DNA of 64,000 bases from Octopus bimaculoides. Lineage: Eukaryota. The translations under genes were made by a program, and so were the position numbers. Under the pieces are notes generated by a model. The model saw nothing but the letters and a program-made list of their open reading frames with translations, was not told the DNA's origin and made no database searches. The first letter of the stretch is position 1; each line of letters starts with the position of its first letter. The DNA lies in assembly GCF_001194135.2 (NCBI RefSeq), contig NC_068985.1, positions 77,438,568-77,502,567 on the forward strand, given 5' to 3'. Shown here piece after piece: positions 34,106 through 47,739 of this stretch.

Positions 34106-36752
34106 CAGTCTATATGTCAGTCCTGAGGGTCCACCTAATCACAAACTGTACATGTCACTGTATTTTCTGTAAGATCTTTATACCCATGTATCTGAGTACA
34201 AAAGACGGCAATGCATGTCTTGTTAATTATCATTGCTGTTGTCAAAGTACAGTGATGGGATTTGATCCTCTGGCTGGCTGATGACCTTATCAATTCTGCT
34301 AACCTGTCTGTCAATAAACATGCATACATTAACACACATATATACATGTGTACATAAATGTCAATACTTATACATAGCAATATTCTTTCTAAACCATTTA
34401 ATCAGCTGTCCTATTCATAGTCTCTTCTCTTATGATCAACAGTTGGCCATAGGATTGAGGTAGGTTTGTAGTAATGTTTAAACAAACTATGAACGTTCTT
34501 TTCATTCATAAGCTTCCAGAAATCAAACAGCAATGATCTACTACAGTGTAAATACTTTGACAACCATTACACAACTCTGTGTCAACACTGCTGGTAAGAG
34601 TGGAGGGGGACGTGGGGTTGTAGTTAGGGGTGTGTGGTGGTTGCTATCTGAATGTATGTATCTGCTGCTTGGAGATCTAACATACACACACACACAAACA
34701 TACACAGATCTTTATCTGTTTTGATCTGATTATTTCATTTGTTCAATCAACTGAACTCCTTACTGAATTAACATGTATAATATCTTTTACTGATTTCAGT
34801 CATTAGACTGCAGCCATGCTGGGGCATCGCCTTGAATTTTTTAGTAGAATGAATTGACCTCAGCATTTCTTTTTTTAAAGCCTAGTATTTAGTCTATCAA
34901 TCTCTGACCAAAGGCTGATCAAAGTTTTGTGAATGGTATTAGTAGACAGAAATTGTCTGAAAGTGTATGTAGTGTGAGTGGGTGCAAATGTTCACATTCT
35001 GTCGATTTGTTTGTCCCTGTCTGAGTGAAATAGGATGTTTGCGTTTCTTGTTGATATTACAACCAGTTGCTCTGCACTTTCAAAGACCAGAGAAACTTAA
35101 AAAATTTTCTTACCTATAAAACAGGTAAAATTTTCTTGCAGATAGGGCATCCAGCCATAAAATTCTTCTTCAAATAAGGTCCTAAATGCTGCTATGGAAA
35201 AATGTCTGTTAAATGAACAAATATATTTATACAGATGCACGTGCATACACTCAACATATACAGTTCAATCTTGCAAGAACAGAAAGAAAGTATTAGAAAA
35301 AGCCATTTCCCCCCCTCTCCTGACAGGAAAATACCCCTGGCTATTGATAACATATTTCCTGCACCTGCTATTACTGTCTAGCCATATTTTCTCCACCCAT
35401 CAGTTTTTTGGTGGGGAAGTTTACCTCACTTCCCAGCACACCATCTTCATATTATCTCAAGCTTCTACCCTTCCTTCACTGTATCCGGGGTGGGGGTGGG
35501 TGGGTGGTTGCATGCTGGGTGTTTAGTAAGCACCATTTCATGATTTCACATATGGTAATTTTACCTTCAAAGCCTAAACTCGAAACTCTGAACTGGACTG
35601 CAAATTTTTGAATCTTGCTTCTGTTAGTGTTTGTCAACTCTAGGTTGACCCTTACTGAGCAGGCTTATGATCAAAAGCATTCCAACCATGACCAGCCTTT
35701 TATATATTTACGACTACATTAGATGTGCCCTTCTTGTTCAACACTGAAGAAAGTGATTTGAGGGAATTTGTCTATATCTTGCACATTGAGTGTTCATGTA
35801 GAAGCTTCCCCAAGAAATTACTGCCTTGTATGTTTCAATATTCACTAGCTGTCTGCTATGTGAAATATGATGGGATGATGGGAAGAGAAATAAGTGACAT
35901 TAAAAGGGGGATGCTCTGCCTAACCCTCTTGTCATTGCACATTTAAATGGCTTCCTATATTGGCTGTGGTGGTGATCACGGGAGAATAAATATACTTGTT
36001 CACTTTTGTGTAGTTCTAAGAATGAATGCTTTGGACAGATTAAAAGAAAAGTCAACTATCCCTATGGATTACTTTTTTAAAATTTTTTTACAATGCATTT
36101 TTTTCTTTTATGAGACAGCCCCATCTGCTCCACCCTATAATGTTAAATTGTTTTTTATCGATCAGGTGACTATATGCATACATATGTTCTGTGTGTGTGT
36201 GAAGATACATAGCATGGTTTACACTTGAACTCACTTTCAAAACATCACGATTTTGATTCTAAGACTGTGCAGTGAAATGTTCTTGAGCAAAACACTTCAT
36301 TTCATATTGCTGTGCGATTGCTTTGATTTGTGACAAGTACCACATCATGCGCCTCTACTGACAATGCTGGTTTGGTGGAAGGAATGAGCTAATGTGATTG
36401 TCTGTACAGGTTGTTCAGTAAGAACTTGTGCAACCCTTATGTATGTATATGTGTGTGTTTGTGTATATGTGTGTATGTGTATATGTATATGTATGTGTAT
36501 ATGTATATGTATATGCGAATCTGTTTATTTGATTAGGTAATAGGCGTAGATGCATAGCTATGTGTATGTGTATGAGTCTATTTCTATTTATACATGTGTG
36601 TATATATAAATGGATACATATGTGTATATGGGGACATCCACACATGTGTATATTTGTATATGCATGGGTATGTATGTGCATATGTATAAATGTGGACGTA
36701 TGAGTGTATATATATGTGTGTGTGTGTATATATATATATATGTATATGTGTA

Positions 36753-37187
36753 NNNNNNNNNNNNNNNNNNNNNNNNNNNNNNNNNNNNNNNNNNNNNNNN
36801 NNNNNNNNNNNNNNNNNNNNNNNNNNNNNNNNNNNNNNNNNNNNNNNNNNNNNNNNNNNNNNNNNNNNNNNNNNNNNNNNNNNNNNNNNNNNNNNNNNNN
36901 NNNNNNNNNNNNNNNNNNNNNNNNNNNNNNNNNNNNNNNNNNNNNNNNNNNNNNNNNNNNNNNNNNNNNNNNNNNNNNNNNNNNNNNNNNNNNNNNNNNN
37001 NNNNNNNNNNNNNNNNNNNNNNNNNNNNNNNNNNNNNNNNNNNNNNNNNNNNNNNNNNNNNNNNNNNNNNNNNNNNNNNNNNNNNNNNNNNNNNNNNNNN
37101 NNNNNNNNNNNNNNNNNNNNNNNNNNNNNNNNNNNNNNNNNNNNNNNNNNNNNNNNNNNNNNNNNNNNNNNNNNNNNNNNNNNNNNN
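36753..37187. other. Assembly gap (435 N) flanked by compound (AT)/(GT) microsatellite
   Basis: Run of N. The X-filled ORFs here are artefacts. Confidence 1.
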
Positions 37188-38089
37188 TATATATATATAT
37201 ATATATATTTCACTGACTCAACATTTCTTATTAAATTCTATATCAGATAATATTTCAGTGTTATGACACACACTTGTGTATTTTTAACAACTAGCCATTG
37301 TCTTGTGTGTCTAAGTTAAATAGGATAACAATGTCAGACAAAGGTTTGGTCCTGCTAGCCTTTTTTATCGACTGCACACATCAGCTAGTGTACACATATG
37401 CCTATCAGATTATACCTTCAATAACAAAGGCAAAGTGAGCACTTTTAGTTTTTATACCACAAAATAATCAAAGGATATATATATATATAGTATAAAAATA
37501 TAAAAGTGCTCATTTCACCTTTGTTGTTATAGAATAGGGTAGAATCTGATAGGTATGTGGGTATACCAGCTGGTGTGTGCAGTCAACTAAAAAGGCTAAC
37601 TTGATCAAGCTTTTGTTTCCCATATTGGCATGGTTGGATGGGTTTATCATAATCTGAGTAAGCTCTTATTTGATAGTATTGTTCCCCTAGACAGCTGGGG
37701 ACTACATCATATTGTCTTGATTTTTAAGTGTATTGTTTCTACAGCTTGATGCTCTTCCTAATACCAAATGCTTTAGTGTGTACTGAGTGTATTTTCTCAC
37801 AACACCAACATTTAAGAGCCCCTCATGTCCTCAGACAAATTAAAGTCTTCTCAACCCTACATTCTCTTTGTTAATCAATTACTTTACAGAGTGTACTGGG
37901 TGCATTTACAGATGCTACTTTGGCATGTGATCTACAACCTAATGGGTGATTACTTTAGGTTACTCTTTAGTTTATTTTTCAATTTCTAAAATCCCTTAAC
38001 TGTTGGCTAAAGATTTTTTTACAATAAATTCTTTTGTACATACTTAGCATTGTAAATGTATTTTTTCAAAATTGTTACTATTTTAATAA

Positions 38090-38450
38090 CAACAGGAGCA
38101 CTCAGATAGCGCAAACCTCTGACAAGGCAATACCAATGTCCTCTCAATGATTAGTCAGAGAGGATTTTTAAAATGAGAATATCTGAAATAAACTTGACTG
38201 CTCTTATAAACGAGAATACTAAAAATGAACCCAACCGCTCTCAAAAATTAAGTGAAAAGCAGGAAAAATAATCCCAAATCCTTGTCTGGTACTGGATTGA
38301 TCCCAAAATCTAATCAGTTTGTGCATGTCTTGAGGCCAAACATCTCTGAAAGTTTCATCAGAATCCATCCAGTGGTTCTTGAGATATCGTATCCACAGAC
38401 AAACATGACTGAAAACAATACCTCTGCCTTTCCTAAGGCTGAGGTAATAA
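38090..38450 (-). mobile_element. Non-autonomous Helentron-type element (HINE/DINE-like)
   Basis: Hairpin tacctctgcc-tttcctaa-ggctgaggta (38419-38446) at one end; subterminal repeat acctctgacaagg (38115-38127) and short stem-loop gagcactc-agat-agcgc at the other; A/T-rich flanks; no TSD. Confidence 0.6.
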
Positions 38451-38525
38451 AACCAGGTTTCATTTATGTCTTAGTGAATAATAATAAGAAACCAAGCATA
38501 AATGAGATAATAATTAAAATAAGTG

Positions 38526-39135
38526 TAGGCATTGGAGTGGCTGTTTGGCAAGTAGCTTGCTTACCAACCACATGGTTCTGGGTTCAGTCCCACTGCATAG
38601 AACCTTGGGCAAGTGTCTTCTACTGTAGCCTCAGGCCGACCAAAGCCTTGTGAGTGGATTTGGTAGAAAGAAACTGAAAGGCAGCGAGCTGGCAGAAACG
38701 TCAGCGGGCCGGGCGAAATGCTTAGCGGTATTTCGTCTGTCTTTACGTTCTGAGTTCAAATTCCGCCGAGGTCGACTTAGCCTTTCATCCTTTCAGGGTC
38801 GATTAAATAAGTACCAGTTACACACTGGGGTTGATGTAATCGACTTAATCCCTTTGTATGTCCTTGTTTGTCCCCTCTGTGTTTAGCCCCTTGTGGGCAA
38901 TAAAGAAATAAGAAACTGAAAGAAGCCCAATGTAATATATGTATGTGTCTTTGTTTGTCTCTCCAACATCGCTTGACAACCAATGCTGGTGTGTTTACGT
39001 CCCCGTAACTTAGCAGTTCAGCAAAAGAGTCCGATAGAATAAGACAGAGAATAAGTCTTGGGGTCAATTTGCTCAACTAAAGGCAGTGCTCCAGTGTGGC
39101 CACAGTCAAATGACTGCAACAAATGAGAAAAGAAA
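38526..39135 (+). mobile_element. Family A SINE interrupted by a younger family B SINE
   Basis: Head at 38526-38680 resumes at 38910 (aagaaactgaaagaagccc) and ends cacagtcaaatgactgcaac. Confidence 0.85.
38681..38909 (+). mobile_element. Young family B SINE with 13-bp TSD
   Basis: aagaaactgaaag at 38668-38680 and 38910-38922; CpGs largely intact; B-box GTTCAAATTCC. Confidence 0.9.
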
Positions 39136-39458
39136 AAGATCACACAAGTTTGGCAGCCACGAGTTTTGCGAGAGAAAGAAACTAAAATCTAACATGTAGT
39201 ACTCACCCATGGATTTGTAGATCACATGCCAAAGTAGCACCCATTTACCACTGCACTAGCAAACCATAAAAAATTCTCACTACTCTGTTAGGCCCTACTT
39301 ACTGTGTGTTCTCTTCACTGAGAATCCAGCTGGGTTGACAGCTCATGTTGGTTGACCACATGGTCATGACAAATGAGGTGATATCGTGGTGGAAATGGGA
39401 ACTGACTGGGACACTGTTTGATGGGTTACCTGGTAGGACCCAGGGAATATACTGACAA

Positions 39459-39566
39459 ATGGCACATAGTTTAGTGGTAAGAGTGTTGGCTCACAATCAT
39501 GAGGTAGTGAGTTTGATTCCCAGACCAAGCTGTGTGTTGTGTTCTTGAGCAAGACACTTTATTTCC
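39459..39566 (+). mobile_element. tRNA-derived SINE head with CORE-like segment
   Basis: ggcacatagtttagtggtaagagtgttggctcacaatcatgaggtagtgagtttgattccc..ttcttgagcaagacactttattt. Confidence 0.7.
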
Positions 39567-39619
39567 TGTTTTGGTTTGCTTATTGTCCTATGAAGTGTCC
39601 CTTTTCCCTTTTCCACAGG

Positions 39620-40230
39620 TTCTATCAAATTGAAGGACTTGGTATTCCTTTATGCAATTGTTATTCTCCATACAAGCACACTCTTTTCTCTTACAATATC
39701 TGATTCTGTCTTATATCCATTATTTCCTCTCGGCTCCTTTTGTGCTCTATCTTTCATGCTCACTAACATTACACATCCAGTGAGCATGCTTGCTTCCTTT
39801 CGGTCTAGTCTTCACAAATTTACTGTATTCAAGACCCAGTTCTCATGATCATGCAACAACACACTTTCTACAGAAGCATTGTACAGCCTACTGATTACTC
39901 TGGTGGAGAAATCATTTGTTACCAATGAAGTTAATAGCTTCTTGAACATTTTCCATCTTGTTCTTACTTTGACTACTAATCTTTGAGAACACCAACCTCC
40001 ACTGCTAATTTGGTCTTCTCGGTAACAGAAGTTATCAACTTTATTTACAAAGCTTTCCAGGCATTTGAGCAAGTCTTTATGATGTGTGCCCTCACTGTTT
40101 TCTGCTCCTGTGTATCAGATACATACAGTTCTATCATATTCACCTTACTGTCATCTCACTACACCTCTTACTTCCATAGGGTACACTGGGCATACTCTAT
40201 GGTATTTCTATCTACTTTCTTTCTGCATAC
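39620..40230 (-). mobile_element. Decayed RTE-type LINE, RT C-terminal fragment
   Basis: ORF 39812-40072 KVDNFCYREDQISSGGWCSQRLVVKVRTRWKMFKKLL..RLYNASVESVLLHDHENW matches the V..F.YLG..I..R...W..L..LY..V...LHG.ETW pattern. Confidence 0.75.
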
Positions 40231-40338
40231 TGAGCCAGACCTAATATATATATGTGTGTGTGTGTGTGTGTGTAGACATACATACACACTTGTAAGTTTT
40301 TGTATACACATACACAAAGTATAAACTGTCTAAAATGT

Positions 40339-40382
<44 letters not shown>

Positions 40383-43171
40383 CATATATATATATATATA
40401 TATATATTTAAAGGCGGTGCTCCAGCATGGCCACAGTCAAATGACTGAAACAAGTAAAAGAGATACACGTGTGTGTGTTTGTATATCTGACATTTTAAAC
40501 ATTTTGAAAATATCTTCACTGATTTATTTTTTGCTTTGTCTTACCATGTCTTTTCATTCCAAATAATTTGCCAGTATAGAATGTTCTAAACCTTGGAAAG
40601 CTAGTCTTCTTACCAATTATCTTTTAAGCTGCTCTTTCCCCTGTGGTAAGAAAAGTATTAAAAATTGTCTTTATTTATTGTTTGAATTAAAAATAAACAA
40701 AACCTAGGTAAACAAAAGCAAACAAAAAAGAATGAAATAAACCAGCCTCGAAATATTTTTGTTTTATGAATGAATTCTTGGTCAGTCTAACCTTTTCTAT
40801 AGTATTCAGATAAAGCAGAGTATAATTTTGGAACTGACTATCTTCATTGATGAAGAGCAGGCTACACTGAGTGGTTTGTAGTTCAGCTAATCAATAAATT
40901 GATTTTTCTTTTCCCCCATTTATGCTAGTGTCTACTAACAGAATTGTTTTAATGTTTCTCTGCTGAGCAGTTCTTGGAGGAAGATTTATATAAACATTGC
41001 TGTTTCCATAAGGACCCTTGATTTTAAAATAGGGTCAATTATTTTTAGTTGATATTTTGTTTTTATAGTGGTTAAAAAAACTTTTTGAAATAAAGGAATA
41101 GAAAAGAAAAGTTTCTCGATTGTTTGACTGAGTGTGGTAGTGGTGGTGATGGTGGTATTTGTTATAATCATAGGGGACTGAATGTTTGTGTTTCTTTATT
41201 GTCCTATTTAGAAATAAAAATTACTACTTTTCAGCCAACAAATTGTGTTTGGCCTTCTGGTATGAGGAAATGATGATGCTGTTTGTAGTTTATGGTGATA
41301 ATAATAATAAGTGACAATGGTGATGGTGAGGATGATTATGCAGTTTTAAGATGATATTCAGTTTAATGTTGAAATAAGTAAAAATAAAAAGAAAAAAGCG
41401 TGTGTGCTCACACACACACACACACACACACACAACCATACACATGTAAAATGGGAAACTAATGTGAAAAACATGCACATGGCTGGAAGTAAATAATGAG
41501 AACAGTTAGTTTTGTATGTCAGAGTTATGTATTTGATGATGATGAAGACATTTCCAGGTTTGTGTAGGAAAGTGTTACTTGTATATTATATAACATTTGT
41601 GTAACATTTGTAGAATTAATTTTGTCAACTTAATAGCTGGTGGTAGCACTAAATGCTAATAGTTGCAGTTCTTTTTTGAAATGTCCCTCATTTTCTACTT
41701 TATCCCAGTTTCTCTTCTGCTGTCACAATATGCTGAATAGGAACAGTTAGTATATCAGCTTTATTTTTATTTACTTTTTTTTACTGGTTCACTAAGTCAT
41801 CTTTAATAAAGAGCTTAATGTTATGTTGACTTTTGCTTAATCTACATCCAGAAGGCTTCAGTGGTTTGTATTCCATCAAAGGAAATCCAGCTGTTGAAGC
41901 ATTTACCCCACCTTTTGCTTATACTTGTATTAGCTTAGTTGATTTCAGATATACTGGAGACCATTGTTGCTTGTTGGCAATAAAGTTAAATTGTAGATGT
42001 TTGGACAAGTGATCATATCAAGACCTGCAGTAGGGACCTTGATTTCTATAGAGGGTTGGATTAATAACAATGTAAAGTAAAAAAAAATGTCCAAATTTGT
42101 GAAAACCCATACTGCTCATCCTTATCCATCATCTGGTTGACTGACTTGCCTGGACCAGTACAACTCTTCCATTACAGATGTTCCAATCAAGTGATGCAGC
42201 ATGAACGTCTGGCTTCGATCTTAGTCACATTGGTCTTTCAGTAGCTGGAATATCTCATCTGTGCATACCACAATTACAGACAATAGCAGTAGTTCACTAA
42301 CTGAACTGGTTGATCCTGGCTGTTCAGTTTGTTGTCTATTCTTCCACTCAGCATCTAGTGATATTCACTATTGATTCAATAAAATTCATTTGCCAAAATA
42401 GCTCACATCTACTAAACTGCATTCCATGATTTCGACATACCTTGGGAACCAAAACTGGCAAAGTATTAGGGTCCTTGCCAGTTTGTTAATGTGTAACCAC
42501 CACCTGTGTGACGCTGTCTCTTAAAAAAAAAAAAAAAAAAAGCACAATTTGTAAAGACCCATTCCCCTTAGCTGTAAAAAGGTACCATAGAAGTTGTATT
42601 TAAGTGGAAAATGTTTTATTTCATTGCAGTTCTCACTACTACACTTTTATTATAAAAGATAAGCACTATGTCAAGGTGCCATGCCTAACATACACTACAT
42701 GAAGGCAGGTTTCAATGTTACTCTAATAATTTGATGGCTTATGGGCCTCCTCTCCAATAGTATTAGATTCTATTTTGCAAAGATATTACAATGTATGGAT
42801 GATGAAGCTAACTATAGTAAGCAAAGATTCACTCTATAAGTCTGTTGTTACTGTCTTGTGATTCTGGTGATTGAAAATCAATAAAAACTACTACAGTTTA
42901 GTTTTAGTCTTTAGTTATCACTCACTGATTCCAGGATTTTCTGAGCATTTCATTGTGTATAAGAACAATGCACTTTATTCTACATGCCAAAGGGTTGGCA
43001 ATGCTTTGGTCTCTTATTAGCTGCTCTGAAACTGGAGGTGCTTAACTTTGGCTTTGCTAAGCAGATAAATCTACTTCTTGGATGCTAGAGTATCACATAT
43101 GTTTTCCCAGATGGCCTGGTGACTTCTCCATTTCCTAAATGAACTGAAGCATGTAGAATTAAGAATTCATC

Positions 43172-43445
43172 ATTATCATCATCGTTTAACATCCGCTTTC
43201 CATGCTAGCATGGGTTGGATGATTTGACTGAGGACTGGTGAAACCAGATGGCAACACCAGGCTCCAATCTGATTTGGCAGAGTTTCTACAGCTGGATGCC
43301 CTTCCTAACGCCAACTACTCTGAGAGTGTAGTGAGTGCTTTTTCATGCCACCGGCACGAAGCCAGTCAGGTGGTACTGGCAACAGCCACGCTCAAATGGT
43401 GTATTTTATCTGCCACCCACACAAGTGCCAGTCCAGGAGCACTGG
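43172..43445 (-). mobile_element. RTE-tailed SINE or LINE 3' remnant
   Basis: catcatcgtttaacatccgctttccatgctagcatgggttgg..tttctacagctggatgcccttcctaacgccaac. Confidence 0.8.
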
Positions 43446-45484
43446 CAACGATAGAAATACATGACTAAATACCTGCAGTAGATTTGAAGTTAAGATTCAA
43501 ATCTAAGTAGTTTTGAACATTTGAACATTTACTTGGATGAAATTTGCCATACCTGTATTCTTGCAGACCTGACTTCTGTGGTCTGTGCATTCTAAGACCT
43601 TTTTCTTTTTCAATTCTGAAATTTTTTATGTTGCATTAGTCTCGAGCCCTGCAACAAACATGTGACAAACCCACACACCCCATTTCACTATTTTGTTACT
43701 TTATTACACAAATCTCTTTTTTCTCTTCACACTTTAGGTGTGGACTTAATTCTGTCAGTATTTGTTCTTTTCAGTCAAACAGTGATAGTTGAGTTAGTGA
43801 GGAAGAGGAGCAAGCTTGTGAAGATTTACTTCATTTCTGAATCTGTTGATTGCATTGTAGATATAAAATTGAGTACTGTTGTACTTGAATTTGTATCTGG
43901 TTTAGAACTGATCGAGGTAATGGTGAGGGAAGCTAAGTAAGTACAACTACAGTAATTTGAAATGGGGAAATTGCCAGGTTTTATGTTTCTCTGAAACTGT
44001 TGGTTGCCCCATGTCAAGTTGACAAAAATAGCTGTGTCAGTTGGTCTCTCTCTCTCTCTCTGTCTCAGCTCACTTTACATTTTAATCAGCCCTTCACTCT
44101 CCACTAACCTCTATTTTTACCTTCCCCTCTGGTGCCTCTCCTATTTCTTCACTCCGAAGGAAGGTCTTATTGTGTATGCATGTGCAAGTTTGTGTATTTA
44201 TGTGGTGCCGAGAGTATTTATGTTATTAGTGAAGTCATTCGTTGTTAAATAAATTAACAGTGAAATAGAGAATTATGAATGTTTAGATTAGTGGTTCATA
44301 AACCACTGATCTAAATATTCATTTCTAAATTGGTGGTGTGCTGCAGCACACTGGTGTCTCACAATGTATAGTTAGATGCACCATAAAAATAATAAAATTA
44401 TATTAAAAGAATATGAAAGCTACAAACTAAATATGAATATGAAGTTTTAATACAAAATATGTTGCAGACTAGGAGGATGGGGAAGTAATATGTATCATCT
44501 TGTTATTTTACAGCTATTTGAATAAAGATGTACTAATTAGTTTTCTGTAGTTTCAAATTATTTATATTTAAATGGATAAAATATATAAATACATTTTCAA
44601 TATATCTTTTGGCTTAGTGCACCAACATATTTTTATTTATTTTTAAGTGTCACATAAGTAAAAAACAAATGTTTTGGAACTACTGATTTAGATAAAACAG
44701 AAATTTGAAAATGATTTTACTTCATTTATACAATCTGTCACTGTCTCTTGCATGGGCAGGCAGGCTGTCTCCTGAAAAGTCACACAAACTGCCTCCTGTA
44801 CAGTCATACAAACTGCTTCCTGCACGTCTCTTGCATGTTGTGCAACTGTATATTTATCTGCCCTAAATTAGTCTTAAAAATACTATTTTATAACATAAAG
44901 GAAAATATATCTATTCATCTATGTTAGATTGTTCCATGCACATATTCAAATAGCCTCCAGCTTAGGCTCAAGCTATGTGTGTAGTATCTCTATTTGACTG
45001 AAATAAGTTTCCAAAACACTCTTTTAAGATATCAACCACCCCACAAAAAAAAATCACTCATTTGATCCATATTAGATTGGGTGGTCCTGATGATTTTACT
45101 GCAACTGAACAACTCAGATGTGAAGCAGAAGTGCAGCTTGTTTTCAGATGAGCAGATTGAAACGTGTTGAATGTAATTAGAACAGAAGTCCACATCTAGA
45201 TGACTGATTGTTAAGCTTTGACATAAATCATCATGCTGGATATTTTGTATCTTTAAAAGTTCAGTGGCTGCAACAAAAGAGTTGACCAGGGAAGCTCGAA
45301 GATAACAATAAAGCAATTTAGTGCCGTTGTCTTACAATAGATGTTTCCCAAGTCCCAAGAGGATATTAAGAATTAGCATTTCCTTCCAGCTGATGTGAGA
45401 TGTATTGAAAACCATTGCAGTTAAAATGACATTTCTAGATGACCAAACACCACTGTGTACACTGTTTCCTTCACTCACACGCAT

Positions 45485-45660
45485 GGATACAGTCATGGCT
45501 GAGTGGTTAAGAAGTTATCTTCACAATCATGAGGTGTCAGGCTCAATCCCATGTGTTGTGTGTCATGTTGGGTAAATGTTTTTACTATAGCCTCAGCTTT
45601 ATCCATGTCCTATAAGCCCAGTTGGGTAGATGGAAATTATGTCAAGTCTTGTCAAATATA
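45485..45660 (+). mobile_element. Decayed family A SINE head
   Basis: catggctgagtggttaagaag..aaatgtttttactatagcctc..ggtagatggaaat. Confidence 0.6.
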
Positions 45661-46239
45661 CTGTACCTTTTTAAAAAAATTTTTTTAACTCAATGTTACA
45701 CTGATTTTACCTGAGATTGACATCAAGAGTACACATGTTTGGGATATATAACCCCTTCGCTTACTAGTTCAATGGATGGTTTGTTCAGTTGATTAACCAA
45801 CTGGATGCTCATACATTGAAATCAGTGGTAGGGTTCATCATATATACCACACTTTGTTAATTAATTATTTTGAGCCTTTGTTAAGTGATTATTTTGAAAT
45901 AATTAGTTTCCAAAATCTCAAAGTTATTGAATATTAGTATCTATCTTCAGGCACAGATTGCCTATTGTCCTTAAATAAAATATGTATTCTGGGTAAAACA
46001 TTAAAAGATAGGCAAACAAATAATTAGATCAATTATATTGAGTGTTCTTTATTTTGATATATGTAACTTGCTAGATCCTTTGTGTGTGTGAGGAACAGGA
46101 GAAAATATGCTCAATACAAAGTGTAGAATGCAACTATATTTATTCAACTGATTAAACATGGTTGCCCTTGCATACAAGCTTGTCCCTTGCAACCCCCTAC
46201 AGCTGACAATCCTTAATCTTGTGGGCTCATAAATGCTGG

Positions 46240-46630
46240 TACCATGTAAAAAGCACCTGTACTAGTGCTGCGTAAAAGCACCCAGTACACTCTGTAAAGT
46301 GGTTGGTACTAGGAAGGGTGTCTCGCCATAGAAACCATGCCAAAACAGACATGGAGCCTGAACAGCTCTACAGCTGGCCAGCTTCTGTCCAACCCATGCC
46401 AGCATGGAAAACAGATGTTAAATGATGATGATGGTGGGTGTGTGTGCATGCATGAGCATCACTATCATGCAAGTGATGTTGTTCATTTTCAGTCTTCTGT
46501 GAAAAACATGTCTAGCCATGGGGAAACATTACCTTGCTTGGAAACAGATGTGGGTTAGCAACAGGAAGGGCATCTGACTATAGAAAATCTACCTCCACAC
46601 ATTCTGCATAATCCATGCAGTCATAAAAAT
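46240..46630 (+). mobile_element. Two adjacent RTE-tailed repeats
   Basis: ..cccagtacactctgtaaagtggttgg..aggaagggtgtctcgccatagaaaccatgcc..cccatgccagcatggaaaacagatgttaaatgatgatg, then a second variant with ttgcttggaaacag..aggaagggcatctg. Confidence 0.75.
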
Positions 46631-47464
46631 GTGAATGCTTTAAAATGGTGATTCACACTACAACATGGAGTATCAGAATTTCTCTATCAGTTCTGACAGA
46701 AATCAATGATTATAAATCAGTAATTACTGTCTGAGCCAGTCCCAAAATCATGAAACTCGGAGTTGCAGCTTAAGGATCAGTGAACACACACACACACTTT
46801 ACTTCTCCAACAGCTAGCATTGTTAACCTGTTATAATGTTAGAGCCAACAGTGCTGAGAAGCTGACATCTTATCCATTTGACCTTTCTGACTTTTCAGCT
46901 GCCAAAACTAATTACAAAGATCCTAATCAAATTGTTCCCATTTTATTGTTTTCAACCTAAACCTCTTTGTTCACACACACACATGCTCTCTCTCTCTTCC
47001 CAATTCTCTCTCTCTCTCTCTCTCCCTCTCTCTCTCTCTTTGTTGCAGGCTAGCAACAGTTTCTCTCAAATCCACTCCTCCTTCATTTCTAGCACCTGTG
47101 TGTCCTTCCCCCCTCCCACATTTACAGCTGCTCTTGTAGCAGGTGAGAAAGGCTGAGAATTAACCTGTCAACTGTGATAGTATTTCAAACAGCTTATCCC
47201 TGGTCTCTTGTGACACATCTCAGCAGCCTAATCCACTCTCCCCAAACAGGCAGGAGAGACAACAATATAATAGACTTCTATCAAAAATAAACTGGTCTTT
47301 GTTTCTTATTTGTTACAAATCCTATATGGCATTTAGTTTTTACTTTTGTGGTGCGTTATATCTTGTTTTTAAATGTCTTTATTCTGTGTGTGTGTGTGTG
47401 TGTGTGTGTTTGGACATGCAGGTATCTGTAAATAGAGGGATTGAGTCATAAATATGATCAGTTG

Positions 47465-47700
47465 TACAAGCACTTAAAACATATTCATCATCATCATCAT
47501 TTAACGGCTGTTTTCTATGTTGGCATGGGTTGGATGGCTTGACAGGAACTGGCAGGTTAGAGGCCACACCAGGTTCCATAGTCTGTTTTGGCTTGGTTTC
47601 TATGGCTGAATGCCCTTCCTAATGCCACCCAAAGTGTTACTGGGTGCTTGCTTTTTACATGGCATCAGCACTCACACCGATGCTTTTTACATAACACCTT
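47465..47700 (-). mobile_element. RTE-tailed repeat
   Basis: catcatcatcatttaacggctgttttctatgttggcatgggttgg..atgcccttcctaatgcc. Confidence 0.8.
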
Positions 47701-47739
47701 GGTTTTAGGATCTCAATTCTGTTGTGGAGAGAGAGTAAA

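Noticed and set aside
43021-43088. LKLEVLNFGFAKQI resembling a kinase DFG loop
   Set aside because: It has NFG rather than DFG, an immediate stop and no other kinase subdomains.
44288-45450. Possible hAT/Charlie remnant with a small 24-bp tandem duplication near 44.8 kb
   Set aside because: No paired TIRs, TSD or transposase motif could be established.
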